DNA of 64,000 bases from Piromyces finnis finn (GCA_002104945.1 MCFH01000014.1:434001-498000), one strand, 5' to 3'. Positions 16,597 to 30,377 are shown, counted from the first letter of the stretch. Notes: generated from the letters alone by a model not told the origin. Translations and numbers: made by a program.

Positions 16597-17984
16597 ATAA
16601 ATATAACAATTTATTAATAAACACTATATATTAATAAATATTATATTAAAATAAAAGGATTCCTGGGATTTATCCGAATCTGAAGAAGAAAAACCAAAAC
16701 CAGCTCCAAAAGTTAATCAAAAGCCAAAGGCTCCAAAATTAACCAAGGCTCAACAAAGAAAGGCTGAAGAAGAAAGAAAGAAGAGAGAAAGAGAAGAAAG
16801 AGAAGTAAAGATATAAATTATTTTTTAATACAATATATATAATTTATTATTATTATAGATAATTAAAAATCAATTTCATATTTTTTTTTTTACTAAAACA
16901 CCATTTTTTCATTTCTTTTCTTTTTTTTTTTTTTCTATTTAAAAAAAAAAAAAAAAGAGACTTGAAAATGAAACTATTGAAGAACGTAAATTAAGAGAAG
17001 CTAAACTTGTCCAAGATGCTGATTTCCAAAATACTCTTGATTTATTTGGTGGTAAATTTAATTATAATATTATAGTGAATATAAAAATAAGTGAAAGTCA
17101 AATAGTCTAATAAAAATAATTATTGATAATAAAAGCTGATGCTACTCCAAGAAGATTAACTGCTGATGACGCCAGTGATGGTGAAGTTGAAGGTGAAGAA
17201 AAGGTTTTAATTGAAGACATGAAGCCAAAGACTAAGGATGAATTCAAGAAATACGGTGAAGCTGTATACGAAGAAATTTCAAAATATGAAGTAAGTTTAA
17301 TAGGATATATATACAGTTATGTAAATTTTGAAGACATTTTAAAAGATATATATAAAATGACTGAAAATTCATTAATGGTAATTTATATTAAAATCTTTAA
17401 AAAAAGAAAAACCAATTCTACAATGCTATGTTAGAAACTTTAGTTAAAAAGATTGCTGAACCAATGGAAATTGCTAATGTTAGAAAATTAATCAGTGCTT
17501 TACAACTTGAAATTACAAACAAGCAAAAGGCTCAAGCTAAAAAGAAGAAGAGTAAGTATTAAGTTATATACTATTGATAATGTATGGAATGTAGTTGGAG
17601 TGGATTATTAAACTCTATAAAACTCTATATTTAATATATTAGCTCCAAAGAAGGCTACTATTAAGCAAGCTTATGATAACGATATCATTTCTGATAGTAT
17701 GAAATTCAACTATGATGATGGTTAGTATAATCAGTTATCCTTTTATAATTATTATTTAATAGTATATATAATGTGCGTAATTTTTTTATTAAACTTTTTA
17801 TTATATATTAATTATTTTTTGATTGCCAATACCTATTAATTTATTTCAACAGGAGCTGATGGTAATTATATTAGAAATATGATCTATAATAATATATATA
17901 TTTTTTTACACTATAAAAAATTCATGTATTAATTTTTTATTTCTTTACGATAATACAAATAAAATAGATTACGATTTCATGTAA
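16270..17984 (+). CDS. Translation initiation factor eIF3 subunit J (Hcr1-like), multi-exon
   Basis: MDDW|E..NQWDDED..|DSWD..|..ERKLREAKLVQDADFQNTLDLFG|..KPKTKDEFKKY..|..NVRKLISAL..KQKAQAKKKK|..DDGADDYDFM*. The acidic Trp-containing N-terminus and the terminal DFM are diagnostic. Confidence 0.9.
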
Positions 17985-19715
17985 GAAAACAAAAAACCTA
18001 CCATTTTCAGAAAATTGTTAATTGTACAAAACTGAATTATTAAAATTAAATAGAGAATAAAAAATCTATAGATTTGATGATTATTATAAATATTTCTAGT
18101 TATCATCCAATAATCTATAGCATAAACCATTAGTTTAAAAAAAAAAAAAAAAGAAATGTATTAAATATATAAAAAATTTTTTTATTAAATAAATGCAAAT
18201 AAAATCCATTTAAAAAAAGTAAATGAATCATAATTATTTTACTAACAGATGAAAATGAAATGGCTAAGCGTTTTATTATAAAAAGTTGTTTTTTTTTTTT
18301 TCTAGGAAAATATATAAAATATAAAAAAAATGAAAGACTTTTTAAAGATTCTTGGTACATTTTAAGTTAATGTATACGTAATGTTTTAAATTTAAAAAAA
18401 CAAGCCACGACTGATAATTTAACAGAAAATTTACGTAATGGGATATTTATAAAAAATAATTTAGTTCCTGTGAATGAAAAGGAATAAATTAATTTAAAGT
18501 TTAACATAATATTTATTTTGTATCACATTAAAAAAAAAAAAAAAAATGTTTGAAAGTTTAAGCACAAAATATTTATAGTTATTTATAATAGAGTATAATA
18601 ATTAATAATTGAATATTAGTAAACAGATTATAGTGCAGTATATAAATGTATATACAAATGTAAATGTAATTAATCATGCATTTGTATAAATATTAAAAAA
18701 GAGTCCTTTCATCAATAAAATTAATAATAAATAGTAACATAACTATTAACAAAAAATGTTTCAAAATTTTAATAAAATTAATAATTATTGGAAAAAAAAA
18801 AAGGTTACACAATTTTTAAAATTAAAGTAAAATGGAAAAAAAAAATTATTGAATGGAAAAAAAAAAGGTCTGTAAGGAAAATAAAGGAAAATTAGTTTAT
18901 TTAAAAAATATATATATATTTATATTTATATATTTCTATATACCATATTATAACAAAAAAGAATAAATAGAATAAAAATAATTTTCAATTCTTTTAAAAA
19001 AAAAAAAAAAGAATTCAATTTATTTTTTTTTTTTAATATGTACATCTTTCTTTTTTTTTAATACACTTTTTTTTTATATTTATTTACCTACAATATATAA
19101 ATAAAAATTGTTCCTTTTTTTTTTATTAATTATTAAAGTTTTTAATCATTTTATTTCACACTTTTTAAATGAAATAATAATTAAAATATACTAATAATAT
19201 ACTAATATACTATTATTATATATTAATTTAATATTTGTTAGTTTTATTTTTTTATTATTTTAACCAATCAAACCACAAAATTTCAAGATACAAAAAAATT
19301 ATTATATAGTAAAAGTATAGAAATAATATTAAAATAGAAATGATGATCCATTTTTAAATTGAAACAATCATCCATTTTATTCCACCATAAAAAATGAATT
19401 TGAAAAAAAAAAAAATTATATAAATAATGAGATTTACTTCCTATTCCCTTTTTTTTTTTTTCTTTGCACTTTTTTTTCTTATTTGAAAAGCACTATAACC
19501 TATATATATATTTTTTTTTCTTTAAAAAAATAGTATTAGTTTTCATAAACTTTGTAAGTATTAGTCTTATTAAAAAAGAATAAAAAAGAAATATAAAGTT
19601 TCTTTTTTCTATATTAAAAAAGGAAAGAAATAACAAATGAAAAATAGTTCAAAAGATTGACTAAATATAAATATATATATATATGTTTTATTAAATTTCT
19701 ATTATAAATAGCAAC

Positions 19716-22216
19716 ATGGTTAATCAAACTTTTGGTGATATTGATAAGCTTGCTGTTAACACTATTAGATGCTTATCTATTGATATGGTTCAAAAGGCCA
19801 ACTCAGGTCACCCAGGTGCTCCAATGGGTTGTGCTCCAATGAGTCACGTCTTATTCACTCGTCACTTTAAGGCCAATCCAACTGATTCTAACTGGGTACA
19901 TAAAGAAATCCTTTTTTTTTTTTTTTTTATTTCTTTATAACATTAGAAAAAAAAAAAAAAAAAAGAAAAAATTAGAAAAAAAGAGCTAATGATAAAATTA
20001 TTATCTTTATTTTTATTATATAATACAGTTGGCTCGTGACCGTTTCGTTCTTTCTAATGGCCATGCTAGTGCTCTTCAATACAGTATTTATCATCTTTTA
20101 GGTTACAATATTTCCATGCAAGACCTTAAGGATTTCAGACAATACAAGAGCAAGTTAGTAGTATTAAAATATAGATAATTTTAATAATATAAATAGTTAA
20201 AAAAAAAATAGGATGAACCATTTTTATTCTCTTAAAAAAGAAAGAAAAAATATAAATAATCAATAATATTTAAAAAAAAAATGTGGTGATATGAAGGCGT
20301 AAAAAAAGAAATAATGATAAATTAAAATATTTTTTAATATTTTTTGAAATAAGACAAAAAGAAAAAAAAAAAAAAGAAAAAAGAAAAAAATAATTAGAGA
20401 AAAAAGGGGGGAAAAGAAAAAAAATAATCAATATTATATATATTATCACAATATTCATTATCTATATATATATAATTAATTTTTTATTCCAAAAAAAAAA
20501 ATGAATATATAAAGAACTCCAGGTCACCCAGAAGTTGGTATGACTGAAGGTGTTGAAGTTACTACTGGTCCATTAGGTCAAGGTATTAGTAATGCTGTTG
20601 GTCTTGCTATTGCTGAAGCTCATCTTGCAAAAACTTTCAATCGTGGGGATTACAAGATTTTCGATAATTATACCTATGTTATTTGTGGTGATGGTTGTCT
20701 TGAAGAAGGTATTAACTATGAAGCTGCTTCCCTTGCTGGTCACTACAAATTAGGTAAATTAATTGTTTTATACGATGCCAATGGTATTCAAATTGATGGA
20801 GATGTCGAAATTGCTTTCACCGAAAATGTTTGTAAACGTTTTGAAGCTCAAGGCTGGCATGTTCAAGAAGTTGCTGATGGTAATAATGATCTTGAAGCTA
20901 TTTCTAAGGCTATTGAAGCTGCAAAGGCCGAAACTACTAAACCTTCTTTAATTAGAATTAACACCACTATTGGTTATGGTTCCCAAAATCAAGGTACTGA
21001 AAAGGTTCATGGGGCTCCATTAGGTAATGCTGATGTTGCTTTCTCAAAGAAGAGTTTAGGCTTCAACCCAGAAGAATTCTTTGTTGTTCCAGAAGAAGTT
21101 CAAAAATTATACAATGACATTTGTCAATCTGGTATGGATGCTCAAAAGGAATGGACTAGAATGTACGAAAAGTATTCCGAAGAATATCCAGAATTAGCTG
21201 CTGAAATTGAACGTAGAAAACAAAACAAACTTAAGGAAGGTTGGGAAGAAAAGCTTCCAAGATTCACTGCTAATGATGCTGGAGCTGCCACCCGTAAACT
21301 TTCTCATGATGTTTTAAACATTGTTTGTAATGAATTACCAGAAATTGTTGGTGGTTCTGCTGATTTATCCGGTTCTAACCTTACTCAATGGAAGGGTAGT
21401 GTTGATTTCCAAGCTGATGCCTCAGGTCTTGGTTCCTACGATGGTCGTTACTTCCACTTTGGTGTTCGTGAACATGTCATGGCTGCTATTATGAATGGTA
21501 TTCATGCCTATAGATTTGGTTTCATTCCATTTGGTTCTACCTTTTTAAACTTTATAAACTATGCTTCTGGTGCTGTTCGTCTTAGTGCTCTTTCTAAGCA
21601 TCAAGTCCTTTACATTATGACTCATGATTCTATTGGTCTTGGCGAAGATGGTCCAACTCATCAACCTGTTGAAATTATTCCAAATCTTCGTGCCTATCCA
21701 AACTTATTTGTTATGCGTCCAGCTGACGGTAATGAAGTTTCTGGTTGTTACATGAAAGCTATCAAGTCTCGTACCACACCAACCGTTTTATGTTTAACTC
21801 GACAAGGTGTTCCACAATTAGAAGGATCTTCTATTGAAAAAACTTTAAAGGGTGGTTATATTCTTAGTGAACCAGAAACTACTCCAAAGGTTATTCTTGT
21901 TGGTACCGGTTCCGAAGTTAGTCTTTGTGTTGAATCTGCCAAGATTTTAAATAATGAAGGTATTGCTACTCGTGTTGTTTCTCTTCCATGTTGGGAAATT
22001 TTTGATGAACAATCCGAAGAATATCGTGAATCCGTTTTCCCAAAGAATATTCCAGTTCTTAGTGTTGAAGCTGCTTCTACTTTTGGTTGGTCCAAGTATG
22101 CTACTGCTTCTTGTGGTATTGATGACTTTGGTGTTTCTGCTCCAGCTTCACAAGTTTACAAACACTTTGGTCTTGTTCCAGAAGTTGTTGTTGAAAAAGC
22201 TAAGAAATTACTTTAA
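19716..22216 (+). CDS. TKL1: Transketolase, 3 exons (19716-19896, 20029-20153, 20514-22216)
   Basis: [33 protein letters not shown] (ThDP binding) and [16 protein letters not shown]; strong codon bias. Confidence 0.97.
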
Positions 22217-24422
22217 AAAAAATAGGATTCTATTTTAAAATTTTATATTTATTTTCATTCCCATAGTAATTTGATATTTAAATAAATTAAAAAAAAAAAA
22301 AAATTCCCCACTCCTATCTCTATTCTTTATTTTTTTTTTTTTTTTTTGAAAAAAATGAAGAGATTCAAAATAAAAATAGATAAAAAAAAAAAACTCCCTT
22401 TTTCACTATCATTATAAAAATATAAAAAATCTTTACAAAAAAAAAATAGATATGTATGTGTATACATCAAACAAACACTTTTATTAAATTAATTTATTAA
22501 AAAAAAAAAAAATTAGATACATAAAAAAAAGAAAAAATACAAAAAAAGAAATATTATTAATAATTGCAATTTTACTATTGATTTAATCTTTTATAAATAT
22601 ATATATATATATAAACGAAGAAAAGAAAATATATATATATATATTATATTCAAAAGAAAAAGAAAAAGAAAAAAATAGATAAAAATAATTTATAATAAAA
22701 TATATATATGTATAAATTATAAACATTTTAGCTTTTATTATTATCATATAAGTGTATAAACGTTGATTTAAAAAAAGTGTTTTCGTTTTTTTTTTTTTTT
22801 TATTAAGCATTTATCAAACATATATTTTTCATCAATTTCTATATTGCAAGGTAGAGATGGATATAAATGTAAAGGAAAAAGAAATTGAATAGTATAATAA
22901 TGTAGAGTATAGAGTCAATTAATTTTTTTTTTTTTTTTCACTAGGGTTTAAATAATTAAACTAGGCACTTTATTAAAAAAAAAAGTCATTATAAAAAGTT
23001 TTTTTTTTTTTTCCTAAAACTATAGTTTATTGTCATTGACTCGTAAATCATTAATACTCAATAGACAAAAGATCAGACCAATAAGGACTACATCCAAAAC
23101 CACTATTAATTCTAATTTTTGTTTTTTCTTGATAAGAATTTTTAATGTCATTAAACATCAAATACAATTAATAATGTTTTTTTTTTCTTGTTGTTTAATT
23201 AAAAATGGTTATAAATTACATACATTATATTTATTCATTATTTTTTTTTTATTCCTATGTATTTAACTTTAAAATTTTAATTTTTTTTTTTTTTTTTTAC
23301 TACAACGTATGTATTATATTTAATTGTATAAAGGGTTTGTAAAAAGTTTATTCATTAATAACACCTAAACTATTTTTAATGAAATTTAATAGTTTAAAAC
23401 ATATATGCATTATTACATAAATTATAGTATTGATGTCATACACATTTATTCATGAATAATAATAATTAAAAGTTAAATATATATATATTTTTTTTTTACC
23501 CATGATTACATAGTAAAAAAAAAAAAAAAACTTTAAAAAATTTTTTTAATTAATTTTTTTTTTAATTAAAAAAAAAAAAAAAGAAATGATTCATACTTTT
23601 TTTTTTTAATTAAAAATAAAAAAAAAAAAAGATGTATGATAAAGTTTAATGAAATATATATAAAATAGGAAATATATAAAAAGAATCTTTAAAAGTTTTT
23701 AATTTAGTTGTTGAGGATATTACTTTATTCATTTATTGTATTATTGTGTGTTGAATAAAAGTAAAGTTTTTTTTTTCTTTACACTATTTTCCTATGGCTG
23801 TTTTACTAAAAGATCAATACCTTCTTCATTCCTATTCTACACCAAATATACATTACCTAATAATGTTTTGTTTAGATTATATTTCAAAGTTGAACACAAA
23901 TTAATTATAGGACACAATCAAAAATTTAACACAAAATTCTGGTTGATTTCTGGTTTAAATTCTTTATTAAAGTTGTTTTTTTTTTTTTTTTTAATTAAAC
24001 CTTTACTTTTTTTTTTGTGGTCACAAAAATGGGAAAAAAGTTACAAAGGTTTATTCTCCATTTTTAATCATGGATATATGATAACAAAATATAATAATTT
24101 ATGAAAATGATAATAATGATATTAATACTATTAATAATAAGGAATCTCTCTTTTTTTTTTTTTTCTTTTAAAAAAAATAAATTCCTTATACAACTTTAAA
24201 TCATTTAATAAAAATCTCTTTTTTTTTTTACATTATCTTTATTATATGTTTTAATGTTTGGAATATTGATGTGATAAGATATATAGATAAAATATAGCAA
24301 AGATGCTATTAATTTAGATAATAATGTGCATTAAGTTATAAATATTTTACAATAGAATTAACTATATATTTTCTGATATTATTAGATTAATATTCACTTT
24401 TTACTTAAATTATTATTAATAC

Positions 24423-24977
24423 TTTTTTTTTTTTTTTTTTTTAACTTCCGAGTGCATTTCTCCCATCGATCAGAGTTAGCTCCAATGGTGGTTCTTAGAG
24501 AAACGTTGGCTCATTCCTATTGCTAGGTGGTTGTGACCCTCCTGGTCTGTCATACTGTTTCTTCAGCTTCGACGCTCACTTAATCCATGTACATTAGATG
24601 CATGTCGTTGTACGATATTTCACAACTACAATGCTAAGCCTCTTATAGTCAATTTGATCACGTGTCAACCGCCCCCTAATGTTTACACTTAAATTGATTA
24701 AGGAATATTATGTGTTTTTGGCATAGCCTAAGTCACCACTTATTAAGTTCTAATTTGGAATGTACCATGTACACTAGACCCTCTCAGGCCGGCTAGACGA
24801 GTGTTATTATCATAGTAGTAAATTAGAAAGTTCATTTATACTTACCTGAATATCATAACCCAACCCATGGCAAACCCAGTGGGAAAATCCACAGGCACTG
24901 ACATCTGCGGGGTCGAACCAGAAGCCTTATGTATGCTAAGGAAACGCCTTAACAACCAGGATAAAAACTGGAACGAC
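24423..24977 (-). mobile_element. tRNA-Ala(AGC)-derived SINE-like non-LTR retroposon with poly(A) tail and target-site duplication
   Basis: GC-richer island in AT-rich DNA. The minus-strand head GCGTTTCC-TTAGCAT-ACATAAGG-CTTCT-GGTTCGACCCC is collinear with eukaryotic tRNA-Ala(AGC); B-box at 24909-24919. A20 tail at 24423-24442. The direct repeat ATTATTAATAC(T) sits at 24412-24422 and 24978-24988. Confidence 0.8.
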
Positions 24978-25107
24978 ATTATTAATACTATTAATATGAT
25001 TATTATTATTATTAATATCGTTATATTAGGATTATATATTATGATTACTATTAAAATATGGTTAATATTATGATTATATTATTAATTTCGTTAACATTAT
25101 TAATAAA

Positions 25108-25250
25108 TTGGTTAATATTACTAATATTATAATTATTATTAATAAGTTGGTTAATATTATATTATAATTATTATTAATAAGTTGGTTAATATTACTAATA
25201 TTATAATTATTATTAATAAAAATTGGTTAATATTATAATTATTAAATTTG
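25108..25250. repeat. AT-rich minisatellite, ~35-41 bp unit starting TTGGTTAATATTA, 4 copies
   Basis: Units start at 25108, 25147, 25182 and 25223. Confidence 0.7.
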
Positions 25251-25484
25251 TTAAAATTTTTAATATTATTAAAGTTGTTAATACTATAATTGTTAATATG
25301 ATTATATATAAATTATGATGATTAAATTATGCTTATTTCATTAATTTTGATTTCTAAAGGTATAGGAAAGATAAGATATGTAATAATGAATTCTGTTATT
25401 AATGCTATTTAATTTTTTTCTTAAAAAATATTACTATACTCTAGGTAATATTTAAAAAGGTTATATAAACGATATACAATTATT

Positions 25485-26675
25485 TTAGAAAAACATGTAT
25501 AAAGTAGATACTAAGAAAGTGACAATAACATAAAAATTAATAGCATTTGCTATAGAACCACTTTTAAGGTCCATAGATTCATCATTATCTGGTATACTTC
25601 TGCTACCAGTATCAATTGAGGTAAGGTTACCACCTTGTGGATCACTAATGGTAGAATTTCCTTGGATTATATCATTTTTATTATCCAATGGATTACCGCC
25701 ACTAAGAACAGTTAAAGCATTACCAGCTTTGGACCAACCACCAGTTGGATCACCAAGGCATTCGGCAACAGTTACGAATTTATATTCCTTAAATAAGCCA
25801 TTTTCAATAATAAATGGAACTATAGTTTTAACGGTATGTGGTTGAACATCATGCATTAAAACTAAATAGTTTTCTCTCTTTTCCTTATATTCTTCAGTAA
25901 GGAATTCCTTGACAGCTTTAACTCTATTGTCAAAATTATCGCTCTTGACACCATGAACTTCACGATTCCAATCATTGGTATCAGTATCCCATTGAATAAC
26001 CTTGTAATTATATTCTTCAAATAACTCTACAGTTTCTTTACTAATACTACCTAATGGAGCTCGGAAATAAGTTGGATATTTACCAACATTTCTAAAAACA
26101 AGATCTTCAATTAAAGATAAAGATTCAAGAGTAGCTTGTTTATCAATAGTATCATCGTCTTGTAATGGAATTTCATGTTTCCAAGTGTGAGAAGCAATTT
26201 GATGACCTTCAGCAGCAGCTCTTTTTAAAACTTCTTGTTTTTCTTGACTACTTGATAATTCTGGCCAGTAATTATCACCATTAATAAAGAATGTAGCATG
26301 AATATTAGCAGCCTTTAAAGTATCAAGTAAATCATTAGTGTATTGGTATGGTCCATCATCAAAAGTTAAAGCTACTGTATTTGGTTCAGTACAAGATTCA
26401 ATACGTACAGCATTAGCAGAAATAACTTTTGGTATATCAAATTATATAAATAATAATATAATTAATAAACTTTTATATTTTATTTTTATTTAATTATTAA
26501 ATTTCATAAAACTATCTTTCTTAGAATAATCTTTAAAGGATATCTATCTTTATCCTTATTTTATATATTTTAAAGTTTATATTTTTTTTATTCAAAATTT
26601 GTTTCTATAGAAAAAAAAAAAAAAAAGAAATTTACCTGCACTAAGACCTAAAGAAATGAATGAAGTTAAACGCAT
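25485..26675 (-). CDS. Secreted, probably GPI-anchored polysaccharide (chitin) deacetylase, CE4/NodB family, 2 exons
   Basis: Exons 26675-26636 (MRLTSFISLGLSA) and 26425-25485. Motifs TFDDGP, SHTWKH, YFRAPLG, DTNDW and LMHD are followed by an S/T/G linker and a hydrophobic C-terminal tail. The ORF track shows only the last 123 aa. Confidence 0.92.
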
Positions 26676-28981
26676 CTTAATTTAATATTTTATTTTGGTA
26701 TTTTAGTATTTTGGTATTTTAGTATTTTGGTTTTTGGTTTGGTTTATAATTTTAATAATATATTTATAAAATTTAACTATAATATAAATAGTTTTTATTA
26801 TAAATTATTAAAATATAATTAATTCGTTTCAAAATTTGGGTTTTTTTTATTTATTTAATCAAGGGAAAAATGGTTGCTTTTATATTTTTTTTTTTTAATC
26901 AAACTCATTATTGCATATGTCAAAAAAATAAAAAAAAAAATAAAAATTACATAATAATATATTTAATATATATTATGAATATATTTGGATAAATTGAGTA
27001 TTTATTTCACAATTTTTAGGATTATCAATTTCCATTTTTGATAAAAGGAAAAAAAAAATTTTTTTTTGTACTCATTTTTTTGACAAAAGATTTTCCACCA
27101 AAAGAATAAAAAGAAGATAGCAAAAGGTTGTAGTTAACCCACAAAAAGAAATAAACAATTGAAAAATACTGTAGTAAAATAAACTTTTTTTTATTGCAGT
27201 ATTAAATATGACAAAGATATTTTATTTATATTTACTATAGTTAAATAATCATTCATAAAAATAGGTACTTGTCTATTGTTAAATGAAAAAATAGTATTAT
27301 TTACTAAAGAATAATACTATTGATATAAATTTCCATAATACTAAATATGGATATATATAAAACTTTTAAAATGTCAATAAATAATGTTTATAATGAGTAA
27401 TTACTTTTAGAATATATTGTTAATATAATAAATTAAAATGATAATATAAAATGTCAATATAATAATAAAATATATAATACAAAATGGTGATATAAGATTA
27501 AAGATTGTCAATGTAATAATAAGATTGTTATTACAAGATTGTTAATAAAATATAATAAAATTATAAAAATAATATTTATGATTATTCTAATTATTATCAT
27601 TACTCTAATTAATACTTTTATTATTACTCTAATTATCACTAGTCGTTAGTATGACTCTAATTATTATTTACAAAAGTACTAAAAATGTTCATATAAAAAA
27701 TGTCCATTTAATTTTATAATAAATGAATAAGAAAATGACAATTTCAAAATAATATAATAAAAAAGATGTTTCATTGATAATTTGATAACATTTGAATTTT
27801 ACCACTAGCTCATGTCAATAAAAATTTAATAGGAATATACTATTATATTAGTAATAATAATGTCAATAAAATAATGACAATTTTATCAAGTTAATTTATT
27901 ATAATTATTATAATCTATAAAATCAATTGTTTTATTTTTATTTTTAATTAATTATTCATTATATTATATATTAAATTAATGATTTTATATATAATACAAT
28001 TATAACATGAATAGTATTATTGTATTAATTTAATTCATTTAAATTTTAGGTCTTTTTTTTTCTGTTTTTTTAGAATGTTCGGATTCTTCTTCTTTCTTCA
28101 TTTACAACCTATCACAAATGAAATAAATAGGCTAGCTACATTAAATAAATTAATTTTAATTTATTAATAATAAAGTAATTCTTTTTTAAAGGATAATCTT
28201 TGTAAAATCTAAAGTCTAGAACTTTTTTTTTTGGTAGAAAAAAATTTTAATTTATTTAACAATATCAATTAAAACAAAAAAAAACATTTTTATAATAGTT
28301 AAAGTTTTTAATCTAATTTAATAATTAATTAATAAATTATTTGTCATATATTATTTTGTATCATTTTTATATGATTTTGTATACAGATAAAAAATGTTTA
28401 TCATGCAATGTGACTAACCCTTTTTTTTAACAATAGAGTTGTTTTTTTTTTTTATATGTTTTCTTTAATGCTTTTTAAAAAAAAACTATTGAAAATTATT
28501 CTAAACAAGAATTGTTTTTAATTCAGCTTATTATATATTTTATTATTTATAAAAAATAAGAGTATTTCATAAGATAATAAAATAAGGGTAAAAATGATAT
28601 GAAAAAAAACTTTCAGGGGTTAATAAATTACTTGTGAAACATTAAAATTCATTTATTTTTTGTACATTTTCTTAACATTATGTAGATTTTTTTTTTATTA
28701 TTTATTAAGCTTTATATGCTAAATGAATGAATTTCTTTTCGTATACAAAAAGAAATTCATAAAAGTATAAAATATAAAATAAAAAAAAAATAGACAATTT
28801 TATAAAATGGATGATAAATAAAAAAAAAACTAATCTATTGTATCTACGTAAATAACTTTTTTTTTAAACACTAAAAATAGTTGTTATTCATATTTCATAA
28901 ATAGGTATAAATATATTCATACATACTTTAAATACATTGATGAAATATAAATAGAAATAACAATGATAACAAAAGAAAATA

Positions 28982-29028
28982 TATTTTGTCATTATTATTG
29001 AATTCTTTTTAATAATAATGACAAAATA
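28982..29028. repeat. Perfect 18-bp inverted repeat with 11-nt spacer
   Basis: TATTTTGTCATTATTATT (28982-28999) and AATAATAATGACAAAATA (29011-29028). Confidence 0.85.
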
Positions 29029-30377
29029 ATAATTATAGAGCAGCAAAAAAAGAAAGTAATACCTAATAATATAAGTATATTTTTTATTATTACTATAAAT
29101 TCTATTAATATTCTATTCTATTATATTTCCTAAAGTTAATACTTTTTTTTTTAATAATATCAATAATATCATTATTTCCATTTCTTTATAAGGATTAAAT
29201 TTTTATAAAAAGTCATACGAAATAATTCTGTAATTCTATATTAAATGACTCGAAGAATTAAATAGATATAATTGTGTTAAAAATATATAATATATATTAT
29301 ATGTGTATGATAAATAGAATGATAAATAATAATATTGATAAAGTAAATTGAACATTTTAATCATGTTTTATATAAGAAACAGAAAAAGAAACTTTTGATG
29401 GTTTTATTTATTATTAAATTTTATTTTATTACTATGTACTCTTGGTAATTTAAAAATTTTAAATATATATGCCCTTTTTCCTTTTCTATAACAAATAGGA
29501 TAAATAAAATATTTCATTTTATTCTTTAATATATTTATAGTTAAAAATCATAAATTTAATAAACATATTTTATATATTTTATGAATTATCTACAATACGG
29601 AATGTATCATATATAATAATATAATGTATTATAATGTAATATAATGTTGAAAGGACGAGTCATGGGATCAACATAATAAAATGGATATAAAGAAGAATTA
29701 TCATAGAATTTATACTTTTACAATTTATACACGTGTATTCATAAATCTATGTGTTGGATAAATAAGTTGTTGTTGTTTATATCTATTGAACCAACAATTA
29801 AATAGTATTTTTTCCAACAATCTCTAATAATATATTTATTGGTTAGTTGTATTATAAACAATTAATTTATACCTAATTCCTCATTATTTTATTAATATAA
29901 GAGAAAGGAAAAGATTATGTAAATTCTAAAAAATATGAAAATAAATACACACTTTTGAAAGTATTAAAAACAACTAGATCTAGCTAATGATTTGTATTTT
30001 AATTTACAATAAAAGTTTAATTGCGATATAAAGAAATATAAAGAAATCCAAATAAATTTATTATTTAAATAACAATGAAAAAAAAACTTTTTATATTTAA
30101 ATACAATTTTTATACTATTTCCAGTAATTTTTAACATTCATAATTGGTGTAACAAAAACAAATAATAATAAATTTTGTGGCTACATAAAAATTAACAAAA
30201 AAAAATTTTAAAATATAAAAAAAAAAGGTGACTTTTAGTTTACTTTTTTTTTTTTTGTAATTAACTTTATATAAAAGAAAAGAAAGAAGGAAAGAGAAAG
30301 AGAAAAAGAGCCATTAGTTATAATAATTGCTAATATCAATTCTTTATAATTTTTTTTAATAATTTATATATATATAT

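Noticed and set aside
23030-24104. ORFs 23030..23266 and 23736..24104 and coding-looking minus-strand stretches
   Set aside because: No recognisable motif, interrupted by stops and homopolymers; possibly an eroded TE/pseudogene, but not supportable.
24778-24795. TAGCCGGCCTGAGAGGGT (minus strand), resembling a bacterial 16S rRNA helix
   Set aside because: Only 18 nt, and flanks do not continue the rRNA similarity; treated as coincidence within the SINE body.
24838-24848. ATACTTACCTG, identical to the U1 snRNA 5' end
   Set aside because: No recognisable U1 stem-loop I/70K loop or Sm site follows. It is the reverse complement of a CAG|GTAAGT-like word inside the minus-strand SINE.
24867-25073. 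68-aa plus-strand ORF MANPVGKSTG..
   Set aside because: It straddles the SINE boundary and TSD and runs into AT-rich repeat; antisense to the SINE head.
26535-26543. ATATCCTTT (U12 donor-like) on the minus strand in the deacetylase intron
   Set aside because: It lies inside an intron already explained by GT-AG sites, with no TCCTTAAC branch site or AC acceptor giving a sensible frame.
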